Below are positions 50,551 through 61,799 of a stretch of DNA of 64,000 nucleotides, piece by piece. Position 1 is the first letter of the stretch. The number at the start of each line of letters is the position of its first letter. Made by a program: the position numbers and the translations under genes. Below the pieces are notes generated by a model that was given only the letters and a program-made list of their open reading frames with translations, did no database searches and was not told the origin of the DNA. The DNA is taken from positions 224,001 to 288,000 of the forward strand of contig CAWBBV010000007.1 in NCBI GenBank assembly GCA_963787125.1, written 5' to 3'. The DNA is from an uncultured delta proteobacterium (GTDB lineage: Bacteria > Desulfobacterota > Desulfuromonadia > Geobacterales > DSM-12255).

Positions 50551-53031
50551 TTGTTGTTGGAAAATCGATATAGATTAGGAGTATTGATGAACCGTATTAC
50601 GACACTTTTATTGTTACTCCTTTTTGCTTTAGGATCTGCATTAACCATTTTTGGGCTGAGCCATCTGGCCTTTCCTGAAGCGCTGTCATTAAGCTTTGCT
50701 GGAGTTCTAATCTATATTGGATCGTTGGTTTTCTGTGCGGTCCTCGTTTTGATGGGGGCTAAGTGGAGTCGGCGCAACCCGATGATTATCGGGGGGAGTA
50801 TCATTGTCGGACTTGCTCTGTTATCCGGTGCAATATGGCCACTTATGGTCACTCTGTGGTTTGCTATTGCCTCAACTCTTCTTGGACGAACCATTCTTGC
50901 AGCGTTCAGGTTTAAAACAAATGACATTGATTGGACGGTAAGCTTTCTTGTCGGTGCCGGTGTGTATGGAAGCGCAGTAGGGTTGTTTGCACATTTCCCG
51001 GTCAACTATCCTGGTGTTTATGGTGTGCTGCTTGCTCTGCCACTGATACTGGAGCGGCGTTTGCTTTTGGATTTGATAGAGTCGATAGGCAAAACCCTTG
51101 CTCAGGGCAATCCGCCAGAAGAACGAACCGCTTGGCTCGAAGTATTAATCGCAGTAGCTGCACTGGTTCACTTTGCTGTAGCCCTTATGCCAGAGGTTGG
51201 CCATGACGCTCTGGCCATGCATCTGTTTATTCCAGCTCATCTGTCATTGCGCCATCAATGGGGCTTTGATGTCAGTACCTACGTTTGGGCAGCCATGCCG
51301 ATGCTGGGTGACTGGATCTTCTCTCTTTGCTATATGCTGGCAGGTGAGACGGCAGCGCGACTGATTAACGTAGGGTTTATTTTTGTTCTGGCAAAGTTGA
51401 TTCGCGATCTTGTCGTCTGGGCGGGCGGGACCTCTGCCGGAGCAAGGTGGGCGGTTCTCATCTTCTTGTCGACACCCCTTACTTTTACCGAAAGCAGCAG
51501 CCTGTTTATCGAGTCGGTCTGGGCAGCGTTTGTTGTCGCCGGGACACTTGCGTTGCTACGAACATGTGCGGCGAGCGATAGTCGTAAAATTGATCTGCCT
51601 CTTGCCGGGATCCTGTTGGGATCTGCTCTGGCTGCTAAAGCAGTAACCTTAACGATACTTCCCGTTTTACTATTATTAGTTATTTGGCGGTACAAAGTCT
51701 TGTTGAGAGCGGAGTACTATCGTGGCTTGGTGCTTGGCCTGGGCGTTTTTATGCTGCTGGGACTGATCCCCTACGTAACGTCTTACACGCTAACAGGTAA
51801 TCCGGTGTTTCCTTTTTACAACAATCTGTTTCAGTCACCGTATTACCCGGCTGTCAAATTCGAAGGCCCGTCAATATTTGGCAAGGGGGTAACGTGGGAT
51901 GTGTTGTATCAGGCGACGTTCCATTCTGAAAAGTATCTGGAGAGCAAACCGGGCGCTGCGGGTTTTCAGTGGCTATTATTGTTTGTGCCGGCAGTTGCAG
52001 CTTTAACTGTTGGTCGGCAGCGCAGAGGCTTGGCGCTGGTGCTCATCGGTGTGTCCTTCGTCGTAATTACTTTTCAGCCGATGAGTTACTTGCGCTATGT
52101 TTTCCCGTCATTTGCCATCTTTGCTGCGGTTATGGGGCTTGCCTTCTCAGAGGGGTGGGGGGGCAAACAATCTTTGCAAAGGGTTGGTTGTATTACCGGT
52201 TGTATTGTTGTCGTGCTCAATCTGCTGTTCCTCCGGGCCGGTACTTACTATGGTGATTTTTCACTCAAGGCGTTGATGAGCGAGGCTGGTCGCGAGGCTT
52301 ATCTACAAGAACGACTGCCGATCAGAAACGCGATTAAAGTCGTCAATCAGCTGAACATGGGACGAACCCCTGTGGCTGTCTTATCGTCGCCCCTCACTGC
52401 CGGTCTGGCAGCAGACGGGCTTTATCCCAGCTGGTACAACCACAAGTTTCAAACCCTTATAAACACGGCAAATACTGACCGTGAAGTTGCCAAGGTTTTG
52501 CTGGGTAAAGGCGTTGATTTTGTCATACTGGATACAAGTTGGGGCGATGCCCAAAAACGATCGCTGATAGAAAATGCTACTGAAAAAATCTCTGACCTTG
52601 GTTCAGTTTCTGTCCGGTCTTTGCGCAAGGAGTATCTGTTCAAGACGGAATTATTGAAAAATACCGGCACTTTTGACACTGAGGCCTGGTCAAGGGCAGA
52701 AGGGGTAGTTATGACGCCAACAGGTGAAGCTGTTGTCACTGTTACGTCAACAGCTACGCAGATAGTACCCGTTACACAGGGTCACCGCTATCTCAATGCC
52801 AACGTGGCGTTGTGCAAGGATCAACCTGCCCAGGGGCGCTTACAAGTCAATTGGCTTGATGCCAAGGCTCAATTTGTCAGTACAGATATTCGCCTGTTCG
52901 ATTGCACAAATTTACCGGTCAAACACTCCATGGAGGTGATTGCGCCACCCAAATCGGCGTTTGCAGCTGTCTATGTCTCCGGGCATACTTCTATCCCCTT
53001 GGTGTTTAAGGAGGTCTCATTTTTGCAATGA
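50551..53031 (+). CDS. Polytopic membrane protein, GT-C-like, with a C-terminal soluble domain
   Basis: Many TM segments, HDALAMHL loop, TGNPVFPF motif; next to a GtrB-like GT2; start may be 50587. Confidence 0.65.
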   Translation: MLLENRYRLGVLMNRITTLLLLLLFALGSALTIFGLSHLAFPEALSLSFAGVLIYIGSLVFCAVLVLMGAKWSRRNPMIIGGSIIVGLALLSGAIWPLMVTLWFAIASTLLGRTILAAFRFKTNDIDWTVSFLVGAGVYGSAVGLFAHFPVNYPGVYGVLLALPLILERRLLLDLIESIGKTLAQGNPPEERTAWLEVLIAVAALVHFAVALMPEVGHDALAMHLFIPAHLSLRHQWGFDVSTYVWAAMPMLGDWIFSLCYMLAGETAARLINVGFIFVLAKLIRDLVVWAGGTSAGARWAVLIFLSTPLTFTESSSLFIESVWAAFVVAGTLALLRTCAASDSRKIDLPLAGILLGSALAAKAVTLTILPVLLLLVIWRYKVLLRAEYYRGLVLGLGVFMLLGLIPYVTSYTLTGNPVFPFYNNLFQSPYYPAVKFEGPSIFGKGVTWDVLYQATFHSEKYLESKPGAAGFQWLLLFVPAVAALTVGRQRRGLALVLIGVSFVVITFQPMSYLRYVFPSFAIFAAVMGLAFSEGWGGKQSLQRVGCITGCIVVVLNLLFLRAGTYYGDFSLKALMSEAGREAYLQERLPIRNAIKVVNQLNMGRTPVAVLSSPLTAGLAADGLYPSWYNHKFQTLINTANTDREVAKVLLGKGVDFVILDTSWGDAQKRSLIENATEKISDLGSVSVRSLRKEYLFKTELLKNTGTFDTEAWSRAEGVVMTPTGEAVVTVTSTATQIVPVTQGHRYLNANVALCKDQPAQGRLQVNWLDAKAQFVSTDIRLFDCTNLPVKHSMEVIAPPKSAFAAVYVSGHTSIPLVFKEVSFLQ

Positions 53032-54047
53032 ATAGTCAAAGATGCAGCGAGGCTGAATTCACTCATAGTGGTCGTATTGCTGTCGTAATACCTGCGTACA
53101 GGGTCACTCGACATGTTTTAACGGTTGTTACACAGATGCCTGCAGAAGTATGGCGAATTTATGTAATCGATGATGCTTGCCCTGACGGCTCAGGTAAAAT
53201 TGTTGAGTCTCAAGTCAGCGATCTTCGCGTTCGTGTGGTCTATCACCAAATAAATCAGGGCGTTGGCGGAGCAGTAATGACCGGTTACCGTGCCGCCATT
53301 GCTGATGGGGCCGAAGTCATCGTCAAAGTGGATGGTGACGGGCAGATGGATCCAAGCTTGATCTTCAATTTTGCTGAACCGATTCTTGCCGGCGAAGCCG
53401 ATTATACTAAGGGGAACAGGTTTTTTGACCTTGAAAGTGTCCGCGCCATGCCAGGAATCCGGATTTTTGGCAATGCGGTGCTTTCTTTAATGTCCAAACT
53501 CTCTACAGGCTATTGGGATTTATTCGACCCGACCAACGGCTATACCGCTGTTCATGCAAAAGTTGCCGGTCAGCTCCCTTTTGATAAGATCAGCCGGCGC
53601 TATTTTTTTGAAACCGACATCCTTTTCAGGCTTAACACTATTCGTGCAAAGGTGATCGATGTGCCGATGGCAGCAAAGTATGTAGACGAAGTCAGTAATC
53701 TGAAGATTTCAAAAATTTTCGGTGAGTTTCTTGTTAAGCATTTGCGGAATTTCCTGAAACGAATTCTCTATAATTACTATCTGCGGGACTTATCGCTAGC
53801 TTCTCTGGAGTTACCCCTGGGCTTGTTCTTATTGCTATTCGGAGCTGTTTACGGTTGCTACCATTGGTTTGTTTCTGCTCGTGCCGGTGTAACTACTCCG
53901 GCCGGTACAGTTATGCTTGCTGCTCTGCCTGTTCTTATGGGGCTCCAATTTGTGATGGCTTTTCTTGGTTATGACATTGAGTCTGTTCCCCGGCGTTCAA
54001 GGCATACTACGTTATGCTCTAAACGGATGCTGAAAATTGAGGGATAA
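53028..54047 (+). CDS. GT2 polyprenol-phosphate glycosyltransferase (GtrB/DPM-like)
   Basis: VVIPAY, IDDACPD, NQGVGGA, VDGDGQMDP, two C-terminal TM helices. Confidence 0.87.
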   Translation: MNSQRCSEAEFTHSGRIAVVIPAYRVTRHVLTVVTQMPAEVWRIYVIDDACPDGSGKIVESQVSDLRVRVVYHQINQGVGGAVMTGYRAAIADGAEVIVKVDGDGQMDPSLIFNFAEPILAGEADYTKGNRFFDLESVRAMPGIRIFGNAVLSLMSKLSTGYWDLFDPTNGYTAVHAKVAGQLPFDKISRRYFFETDILFRLNTIRAKVIDVPMAAKYVDEVSNLKISKIFGEFLVKHLRNFLKRILYNYYLRDLSLASLELPLGLFLLLFGAVYGCYHWFVSARAGVTTPAGTVMLAALPVLMGLQFVMAFLGYDIESVPRRSRHTTLCSKRMLKIEG

Positions 54048-54773
54048 GTGATGAACGATCATGATATTAATCAACCACATAAAAAAATAGCTGCCCATCC
54101 GGATCACAAAGCTTACCTGCAGCAGTGGGCTGAGCTCTACGAAGGGAATAACTATGATTCGGGGTTGACCGGCTACTTCCTTAAAAAGAGTCACGAATGG
54201 TCTGAATTGCGATTCGGGCCTGATGCTCACTTTGCGAAGGTACTCGAAGTCGGGGCGGGCACCGGGATGCACCTCAAATATGTTCGCCACTCCTTTGACC
54301 AATACGTTTTGACAGACCTTAACCCGCCGCTGATGGATAAGATTGAACTCCCGGAATCTACCCGAGATTCAGGAAAAGTTGTAATTTCCACTGAGGATGC
54401 GACGAAACTTTCCTTTCCGGATAACACGTTTGATCGTGTGATTGCGGCCCACGTACTGGAGCACTTGTACCGCCCGCACGAAGTATTGCTTGAATGGGGA
54501 CGGGTTTTGAAGCCTGGCGGAATACTGACCCTGGTTCTGCCCTGTGACCCAGGTGTTCTTTGGCGTTTAGGCCGTTTTGCAGTTGCACGCGGGAAGTTCA
54601 TTGCTGCTGGTTTGCAATACGATTATTGGATGGCCCGAGAACATGTAAATCCGATTAACGTACTCGAAGCATTTATTCACCACTACTTTTCAGATGTTAG
54701 CGAAGAGTGGCTGCCCATGCGTATTCCGTCAATTGATTGCAATCTCTTTTACATTGCCCACGTAAAAGTTTGA
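54048..54773 (+). CDS. Class I SAM-dependent methyltransferase
   Basis: VLEVGAGTG, FDRVIAAHVLEHL, RVLKPGG. Confidence 0.87.
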   Translation: MMNDHDINQPHKKIAAHPDHKAYLQQWAELYEGNNYDSGLTGYFLKKSHEWSELRFGPDAHFAKVLEVGAGTGMHLKYVRHSFDQYVLTDLNPPLMDKIELPESTRDSGKVVISTEDATKLSFPDNTFDRVIAAHVLEHLYRPHEVLLEWGRVLKPGGILTLVLPCDPGVLWRLGRFAVARGKFIAAGLQYDYWMAREHVNPINVLEAFIHHYFSDVSEEWLPMRIPSIDCNLFYIAHVKV

Positions 54774-54807
54774 TGCAAAATATTTATCTTATTTATCAGG
54801 CGCCTGA

Positions 54808-55928
54808 ATGAAAAAAATCCTCATAACCTTCGGCACCCGCCCTGAAGCTATCAAGATGGCTCCGGTAGTAGAGGTGCTTAAAAAAGAGCGCCGCTTCGAT
54901 GTGAAAGTCTGCGTCACGGCCCAGCACCGGCAGATGCTTGATCAGGTGCTGGAGCTGTTTGCGATCACACCGGATTTCGACCTGAACCTGATGAAGCCGG
55001 GGCAGGATCTGACGGACATTACCAGTAATGTGCTGCTCGGGATGCGCGGCGTGCTGCGAGAGTGGCGGCCGGACTGGCTGCTGGTGCATGGCGACACGAC
55101 CACGACCTTTGCTGCCGCCCTGGCAGCCTACTACGAAAAGGTGGCGGTGGGGCATGTGGAGGCTGGGCTGCGGACCGGCAACATTTACTCCCCCTGGCCG
55201 GAGGAGATGAACCGCCGCCTCGCCGGGGCGATTACTGCGCTCCATTTCGCCCCTACTGAACTGGCGCGGCAAAACCTGCTGCGGGAAGGGGTTGCCCCTG
55301 AATGCAGTCCACGTTACCGGTAACACGGTAATTGATGCCCTGCTGGAGGTGGTGGCGCGTATCAGGAACGATGCGGAATTAAAGGCTCGCTTTGCCCGGC
55401 AGTTCGACTTTCTTTCTCCAGGTAAGCGGCTGGTGCTGGTAACCGGCCACCGGCGGGAGAACTTTGGCGCCGGTTTCGAGCGGATCTGCAGCGCCCTGAA
55501 GAGCCTTGGTGGAACGGAATGATGTGGAGATCGTCTATCCGGTGCACTTGAATCCGAATGTGCAGGAGCCGGTGCGGCGGATTCTTGGAGCTGCGCCACG
55601 GGTGCACCTGATCGAGCCGCTCGATTATCTGCCTTTTGTGTATCTGATGGAGCGCTCAACCTTGATTATTACCGATTCGGGAGGGGTACAGGAAGAGGCG
55701 CCATCTCTGGGGAAGCCGGTACTGGTCATGCGCGATACCACCGAGCGGCCCGAGGCTGTGGTTGCCGGAACCGTAAAGCTGGTCGGTACGGACGAAGCGG
55801 CCATTGTCCGGGAGGCTGCCCTGCTACTTGATGATCAAGGAGCCTACCAGCGGATGGCACAGGCCCATAACCCCTATGGCGACGGTTTGGCTTGCGGGCG
55901 GATCGCCGGCATTCTCGGACAGGTATGA
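54808..55928 (+). pseudogene. wecB: UDP-GlcNAc 2-epimerase with two frameshifts (about 55300 and 55506)
   Basis: [19 protein letters not shown] / [14 protein letters not shown] / [17 protein letters not shown] are spread over three frames; probably sequencing indels. Confidence 0.88.
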
Positions 55929-57040
55929 AGAAAATACTTTATCTGATGCACCTCCCCTGGGACTGGATCAAGCAGCGCCCCCATTTTCTTGCCGAGGAGC
56001 TGGGGCGTTTTGCTGATGTCTCGGTCGTCTATCGCTATTACCGGATACCGTTTTCCGGGCAGATGGTGGGGAATCCGGTGGCCCCCTGGATAAAGGTCCG
56101 CCCCCTGGTAATTCTGCCGTTCAACCGCTTTGCCTGGGTGGCCAGAATCAACGGAGCGATCATCCGCTCCTATCTGCGCCGGGCGCTGCAGGAGTGCGAT
56201 ATTGTCTGGGTTACCCATCCAGAAATGTTTATTGCCATCAAAGATGTAATTCCGGCTTCAGTGCAAGTGGTTTACGACTGCATGGACAACCAGAAGTTCT
56301 TTAAGTCGGTTGTTGAACGCAGCGGCCAGGCAGAGCGGGTTGATCTTTGGGAACGGGCGCTTTTGCAGCGCTGCGACCGGGTATTTACGTCGTCGGCGTA
56401 TCTGGCGCAGATGCTGCGGGACGACTATAATTATTGCGGCGAGTTGACGGTAGTTAATAACGGCATCTCTTTGAATTTTGCTCCGGAAGGCTCACCGCTT
56501 GATGAACCGTTTACGGCGGCTTTCTCCGGCCACGGCTTCAAGCTGACCTTTGTCGGCGCCATTGACAGCTGGGTGGATTTTCCGCTGCTTGAAAGGGCGC
56601 TGGCGGTCTATCCAAAGCTGACCATCAATCTGGTTGGCCCTAACATTGTCCCCGTCCCTTTGATCGACCGGCTGCGCCATCTCGGCCCAATCCCTCATCA
56701 CCTGCTGGCCGAGGTTATGGGGCGCTCCGATGCGCTGGTCATGCCATTTAAGGTGAGCACTCTGGTTGAGGCAATGGACCCGGTCAAACTTTACGAATAT
56801 GCCTGGAGCGGTAAGCCTGCCCTTGCCAGTTATTATGGTGAGACGCGCAAGTTCGCTGAGTTTATCCAGCTATACCGGGATGCCGATGAATTTATAGCCC
56901 TTTTAGGGCGGATTATGACAGGTGAATGCCGCCCACGGCCCGCAAGTGACTGTACTGCCTTTGGTGAGGCTCATTCCTGGACGCGGCGTGCCCAGGTCAT
57001 GGCTGCTCATCTCGGGCTTGATTTGAGCGGAAACGGTTAA
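55925..57040 (+). CDS. GT-B glycosyltransferase (TuaH-like)
   Basis: [23 protein letters not shown]. Confidence 0.82.
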   Translation: MKKILYLMHLPWDWIKQRPHFLAEELGRFADVSVVYRYYRIPFSGQMVGNPVAPWIKVRPLVILPFNRFAWVARINGAIIRSYLRRALQECDIVWVTHPEMFIAIKDVIPASVQVVYDCMDNQKFFKSVVERSGQAERVDLWERALLQRCDRVFTSSAYLAQMLRDDYNYCGELTVVNNGISLNFAPEGSPLDEPFTAAFSGHGFKLTFVGAIDSWVDFPLLERALAVYPKLTINLVGPNIVPVPLIDRLRHLGPIPHHLLAEVMGRSDALVMPFKVSTLVEAMDPVKLYEYAWSGKPALASYYGETRKFAEFIQLYRDADEFIALLGRIMTGECRPRPASDCTAFGEAHSWTRRAQVMAAHLGLDLSGNG

Positions 57041-57045
57041 ACGAA

Positions 57046-57915
57046 ATGTCAGCACCTGCTACCGCCAGTATCCTTGCCATTATCGTTGTTTACGGAAAGT
57101 CCCTCAGGGAGTCGGCCACCTTTCAGTCCCTGGCTGCCTCCTTGTGGCAGGCGGATGCTCTCCTTGATATGTTTGTTTACGACAACAGTCCGGAACCGAT
57201 GCTGACAGAGCCGATCGCGATTGACGGGCCGTTCCGGCTAACTTTTCATCATGACCCGGCTAATGCCGGAATCAGCGCTGCCTACAATGTCGGGGCTCTC
57301 CTGGCGCGAAAAATGGGAAAAAAATGGCTGCTGCTGCTGGATCAGGACACAAACTTTCCTCCCGAGGCGGTAGCGACTTACGCCAAAGCGGTGAGCAAAT
57401 CCGGCGATGTGACTCTGTTTGCACCACGGCTTGTGGCCGGCGACAAACTTCTCTCCCCTTGCGGTTACCTGGCGGGCATCGGCTATCACCTGGGTCAAGT
57501 CCCTACAGGCGCCTTGGCGCTCACGAACAGAGCTGTTTTCAATAGCGGCATCCTGGTCCAGCTGGCAGCTTTTGAGGCGTGTGGCGGCTATGATGAAAGG
57601 GTCAGGGTGGATTTTGCAGATTTTGCTTTCATGAATCGTTTCCGCCAACGCTATCAGGAGGTCATGGTGTTGGATCTGATCTGCGAACATGGGTTTTCCA
57701 ACCTTGAAGAGATTACTATTGAAGCGGCACTTGGCCGCTTTAACAACTACTGCCTTGATGGCCGGGCTGCCGCCGCCACGCCGCTCCTCAAGCTTACCCA
57801 CGCTTTGCTGGTGCTGCGCCGCAGTCTTGTCCTGACCCTGCGCTATGGTTCGTGCCGCTTTCTTGCCAAGTTGCCGTTATACTTCTCAGGGAGAGAAAGG
57901 ATGATGTCTTCATGA
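57046..57915 (+). CDS. GT2 glycosyltransferase (rhamnosyltransferase-like)
   Basis: YDNSP, NAGISAAYN, LLDQD, NSGIL. Confidence 0.82.
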   Translation: MSAPATASILAIIVVYGKSLRESATFQSLAASLWQADALLDMFVYDNSPEPMLTEPIAIDGPFRLTFHHDPANAGISAAYNVGALLARKMGKKWLLLLDQDTNFPPEAVATYAKAVSKSGDVTLFAPRLVAGDKLLSPCGYLAGIGYHLGQVPTGALALTNRAVFNSGILVQLAAFEACGGYDERVRVDFADFAFMNRFRQRYQEVMVLDLICEHGFSNLEEITIEAALGRFNNYCLDGRAAAATPLLKLTHALLVLRRSLVLTLRYGSCRFLAKLPLYFSGRERMMSS

Positions 57916-58622
57916 TCTCGGTCTGCATGGCTACCTGCAACGGCGAGCGATTCATCCGCCGGCAGCTGGAGAGCATCCTTTCCCAACTGGCTGTTGATGA
58001 TGAACTTGTTATCAGCGATGACTCATCAGCTGACTCAACCCTCGACATCGTTAGCTCTTGCAATGACACCAGAATCAGGCTTTTCCCGAGGCAAGCCTTC
58101 AGATCCCCTGCCCTTAATTTTGAGTTTGCTCTCAAGCAGGCGCGGGGTGAGGTAATCGTGCTTGCTGATCAGGATGATATCTGGCTGCCGAACAAGCTTG
58201 CGGTGGTGAGGAACTTTTTTTTAAATAACCTGAATCGCCCGCTGCTGGTTGTTCTTGACGGGACTGTGGTTGACGGGGAGGAGCAGGAGATCTATCCGTC
58301 GGTGCTGGCAAAACTCAAAGCCGGGCGCGGTTTCTGGAAGAATCTTTATGACAACCGCTATCTCGGCTGCTGCATGGCGTTCAGCAGGGATCTGCTGGAG
58401 CGGGCATTGCCGTTTCCGCGTAATATTCCGATGCATGATATCTGGCTCGGCCAGCTGTGTGAGCGGATTGGCGCCACCGAATTTCTCCCGGTGGTGACGA
58501 TGAAGTACCGCAAACATAGTGCCAGTGTCACTGACTTCAAAATTCAATTTAAACCGCTACTTCAGATCAGGAGGCGATTGATTCTCGCATGGAATCTACT
58601 GCACCGCGCATATCTATCGTAA
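57912..58622 (+). CDS. GT2 glycosyltransferase
   Basis: ISVCMATCNG, SDDSSAD, LADQDDIW, GCCMAF, HDIW. Confidence 0.87.
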   Translation: MISVCMATCNGERFIRRQLESILSQLAVDDELVISDDSSADSTLDIVSSCNDTRIRLFPRQAFRSPALNFEFALKQARGEVIVLADQDDIWLPNKLAVVRNFFLNNLNRPLLVVLDGTVVDGEEQEIYPSVLAKLKAGRGFWKNLYDNRYLGCCMAFSRDLLERALPFPRNIPMHDIWLGQLCERIGATEFLPVVTMKYRKHSASVTDFKIQFKPLLQIRRRLILAWNLLHRAYLS

Positions 58623-59389
58623 TGCCGAGCTTCAATCAGGTGCAGTTCCTGGAAGAGGCTGTCCGCTCGGTGCTTGATCAAAAGGGAGTATCCCTGGAAC
58701 TGCTGGTTATGGACCCCGGCTCAACTGATGGCTCGCGGGAACTGTTGCAGGAGCTGCAGGCGGAGTATGGTGACAGTCTCCGCCTCTTTTTTGAGCCGGA
58801 TAAAGGTCAGTCTGATGCCGTCAACAGGGGGCTGGCAGTGACTAAAGGGGAGCTTTTGGGGTGGCTCAACTCGGACGATCGACTCCGGCCCGGAACATTG
58901 GCACTTGTCGCAGGTCTGCTTGCAGACGACCGTCCTGCCTGGCTTTATGGGCGGTGCGGCATGATTGCTGCTCAGGGTGAAGATGTCACAAGCCTGATCG
59001 TCAGGTACAAGAACTGGCGAGGAGCATCTTTCTCCAGGGCGAAACTGTTGACGGAGAACTTTATTCCCCAGATGGCAGTTTTCTGGAACCGGCAGATGTG
59101 GGAGAGGGGAGGGGGGCTGGAAATAAGCAAGCATCTGGATATGGATTATGACCTCTGGCTCAGGTTCGCTGGAATTGCCGCTCCTATTGTTGTTCGTCGT
59201 GAACTTGCGGATTTCCGGATTCATGGCGAGGCTAAGGGGAGTTTGAAAAGCGGCGAGCAGCTTGAAGCAGCCTACGAAACTGCAAAATACCACGCTGCAG
59301 GGCTTGGGCATAAAGGGAGAGGGGCGCTACTGATACATAGATTGCTTGGGCTCCGGACCAGGCTGCTTTATTTAATCCTGAAACCTTAG
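58589..59389 (+). CDS. GT2 glycosyltransferase
   Basis: ISIVMPSFNQ, DPGSTDG, GWLNSDD, MDYDLWLR. Confidence 0.87.
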   Translation: MESTAPRISIVMPSFNQVQFLEEAVRSVLDQKGVSLELLVMDPGSTDGSRELLQELQAEYGDSLRLFFEPDKGQSDAVNRGLAVTKGELLGWLNSDDRLRPGTLALVAGLLADDRPAWLYGRCGMIAAQGEDVTSLIVRYKNWRGASFSRAKLLTENFIPQMAVFWNRQMWERGGGLEISKHLDMDYDLWLRFAGIAAPIVVRRELADFRIHGEAKGSLKSGEQLEAAYETAKYHAAGLGHKGRGALLIHRLLGLRTRLLYLILKP

Positions 59390-59394
59390 CCGTT

Positions 59395-60264
59395 TTACCC
59401 CAACGCCGCCTTCATCGCCTCGCCCATTTTCGTCGGACTCGCCGCGACGGTTACCCCGCATTCAGTCAGGATCCTTATCTTGTCTTCAGCTTTACCTTTG
59501 CCACCGGTTATGATTGCTCCGGCATGCCCCATTCGTTTGCCGGTCGGGGCGGTAACCCCGGCGATGAAGGCTGCTACCGGTTTTTTCATGTTGGCCCTTG
59601 ATCCAGTATGCAGCATCCTCTTCCGCACCGCCACCGATCTCGCCGATCATGAAGACCGCTTCAGTGTCAGGATCCTTGTTGAAAAGATCGAGGCAGTCGA
59701 TGAATTTCATGCCGCTGATTGGGTCGCCGCCGATGCCGACGCAGGTTGACTGGCCGAGCCCCATGTCTGTCAGCTGTTTGACCGCTTCGTAGGTGAGGGT
59801 GCCGCTGCGGGATACCACGCCGATTTTGCCCGGTTATGGATGTAGCCAGGCATGATGCCGACCTTGCACTCTCCGGGGGTGATGACTCCGGGGCAGTTGG
59901 GCCCGACAAGATTCATCTTCTTGCCGTCAAGAATCCTTCTGGCCAGCACCATGTCTCTGACCGGAATCCCTTCAGTGATGCAGATGGCAAGGGCAATGCC
60001 GGCGTCAGCAGCTTCCAGGATGGCATCGGCCGCCGCCGGAGGTGGTACGAATATCATGGAGACGTCTGCCCTGGTATAGTGAACAGCTTCCTCGACAGTA
60101 TTGAAGACCGGTATCCCCTCGATATGGATGCCGCCTTTGCCAGGGGTGACACCGGCAACGATCTTCGTGCCGTAATCGCGACACTGCTGGGTGTGAAAAA
60201 GACCGCTCCTGCCGGTAATCCCCTGGACGACAATCTTTGAGCTCTTATTGAGAAGTATTGCCAT
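59395..60264 (-). pseudogene. sucD: Succinyl-CoA ligase alpha subunit with two frameshifts (about 59835 and 59595)
   Basis: VQGITG, GPNCPG / [14 protein letters not shown] / RMGHAGA lie in three ORF fragments; the indels sit in short homopolymers. Confidence 0.9.
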
Positions 60265-60289
60265 TTGTTTATCTCCGTTAGGTATCTTT

Positions 60290-61447
60290 TCAGCCGAGCA
60301 TGGAAACAATCTTGGCAGCGCCATCGCCGAGATTATCGCCTATCTGTACATTAAGGCCTGATTCAAGCAGCAGCTTCTTCCCCTCTTCAACCTTGCTGCC
60401 GTCCATCCTGACTACAATCGGCAGAATGCACTGTACTTCCGAGGCGGCTTCTATGATCCCTTGGGCAATTACATCACAGCGCATGATGCCGCCGAAGATA
60501 TTGACAAAAACACCTTTTACATCGCAGTCTTGGAGGATTATCTTGAAAGCTTCTGCAACCTTTTCCCTGGTAGCGCCGCCGCCGACATCGAGAAAGTTGG
60601 CCGGCTGCGCGCCGAACTCTTTGAGGACGTCAAGGGTTGCCATGGCCAAGCCGGCACCGTTAACCATACAGCCGACATTGCCGGTCAGCTTGATATAAGA
60701 GAGGTCATACTTGCCGGCGGTAATCTCTAAAGGATCGAGCTGGGAGTAGTCGAGCATGTCAGGGTATTCGCGATGGCGGAACATGGCGTTGTCATCAAAA
60801 TTTATCTTGGCATCCATTGCCATCAGCCAGCCGGCTTTAGTAATAACCAGCGGGTTTATCTCAACCAGGAAACAGTCCTTCTCCAGCGCACATCTGTAGA
60901 GATTCTGGATAAGCTCGACGCAATCCTCGCAGATAGTGCCAGTAAGGCCAAGCGCAATGGCAATCTTCCGAGCCTGGAATGGTCTGAGGCCGGTAAAGGG
61001 GTCAATATTCAACATATGAATCTTGTCCGGAGAAGCTTTGGCGACCTCCTCGATATCCATGCCGCCTTCGGCGGAAGCGATCAGGCAGTATCTTGATGTT
61101 TCGCGGTCAAGGGTAATTGAGAGGTAAAACTCACGGGAGATTTCAACCGCTTCTTCAATCAGGATCCGGCGAACTCTCAGTCCTTCCGGTCCGGTCTGGG
61201 GGGTGACAAGTTTTTTACCAAAAAGCTCCTTACCAAATTCTTGTGCCTGTTCCGGGTGGTGGACAAGCTTTACACCTCCTGCCTTACCGCGACCACCGGC
61301 ATAAATTTGTGCCTTGACGACACAGCGACCTCCCATCTCTTTGGCAGCCCGTTCAACCTGGTCTGATGTTAAGGCTACCCGCCCTCTCGGGATCGGAATG
61401 GAGTAGCTGTTTAGAATCTCTTTAGCCTGATATTCGTGAATGTTCAT
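60290..61447 (-). CDS. sucC: Succinyl-CoA ligase beta subunit
   Basis: [41 protein letters not shown]. Confidence 0.97.
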   Translation of the reverse strand: MNIHEYQAKEILNSYSIPIPRGRVALTSDQVERAAKEMGGRCVVKAQIYAGGRGKAGGVKLVHHPEQAQEFGKELFGKKLVTPQTGPEGLRVRRILIEEAVEISREFYLSITLDRETSRYCLIASAEGGMDIEEVAKASPDKIHMLNIDPFTGLRPFQARKIAIALGLTGTICEDCVELIQNLYRCALEKDCFLVEINPLVITKAGWLMAMDAKINFDDNAMFRHREYPDMLDYSQLDPLEITAGKYDLSYIKLTGNVGCMVNGAGLAMATLDVLKEFGAQPANFLDVGGGATREKVAEAFKIILQDCDVKGVFVNIFGGIMRCDVIAQGIIEAASEVQCILPIVVRMDGSKVEEGKKLLLESGLNVQIGDNLGDGAAKIVSMLG

Positions 61448-61577
61448 GGCTTACTCCCTAAACTGAAGAGTGAATATTATTGGTATATTTTAAACATACA
61501 TGTGCAGATTGACAAGGGAATCACAGTTAATATAATTTACAAAAACGATATACGTGAGTAGCGTGCAGGTGGTTTTT

Positions 61578-61593
61578 AGGCACAATGTGTGCA
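61578..61593 (+). promoter_or_regulatory. Possible sigma54 promoter upstream of the giant cytochrome
   Basis: AGGCACAATGTGTGCA, GG-N10-GC spacing, about 200 bp before the ATG. Confidence 0.45.
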
Positions 61594-61799
61594 TGATAGC
61601 TGAAAGGTAAATGAACGCGCTGGCGGATATCTCCTGTTATTAGAGCGTTGTCTTCATTAATTAAATAGTGGTAATGGTCACCCGGACGTGATTTAACGTT
61701 AGAGCCGCTGTTATTTCGCTATGAAATATTTCTGATCTATGAACTAATTTAAATGATAAAAGTTAACTAATAATGTTTAACCACATGGAGGACACAGGC

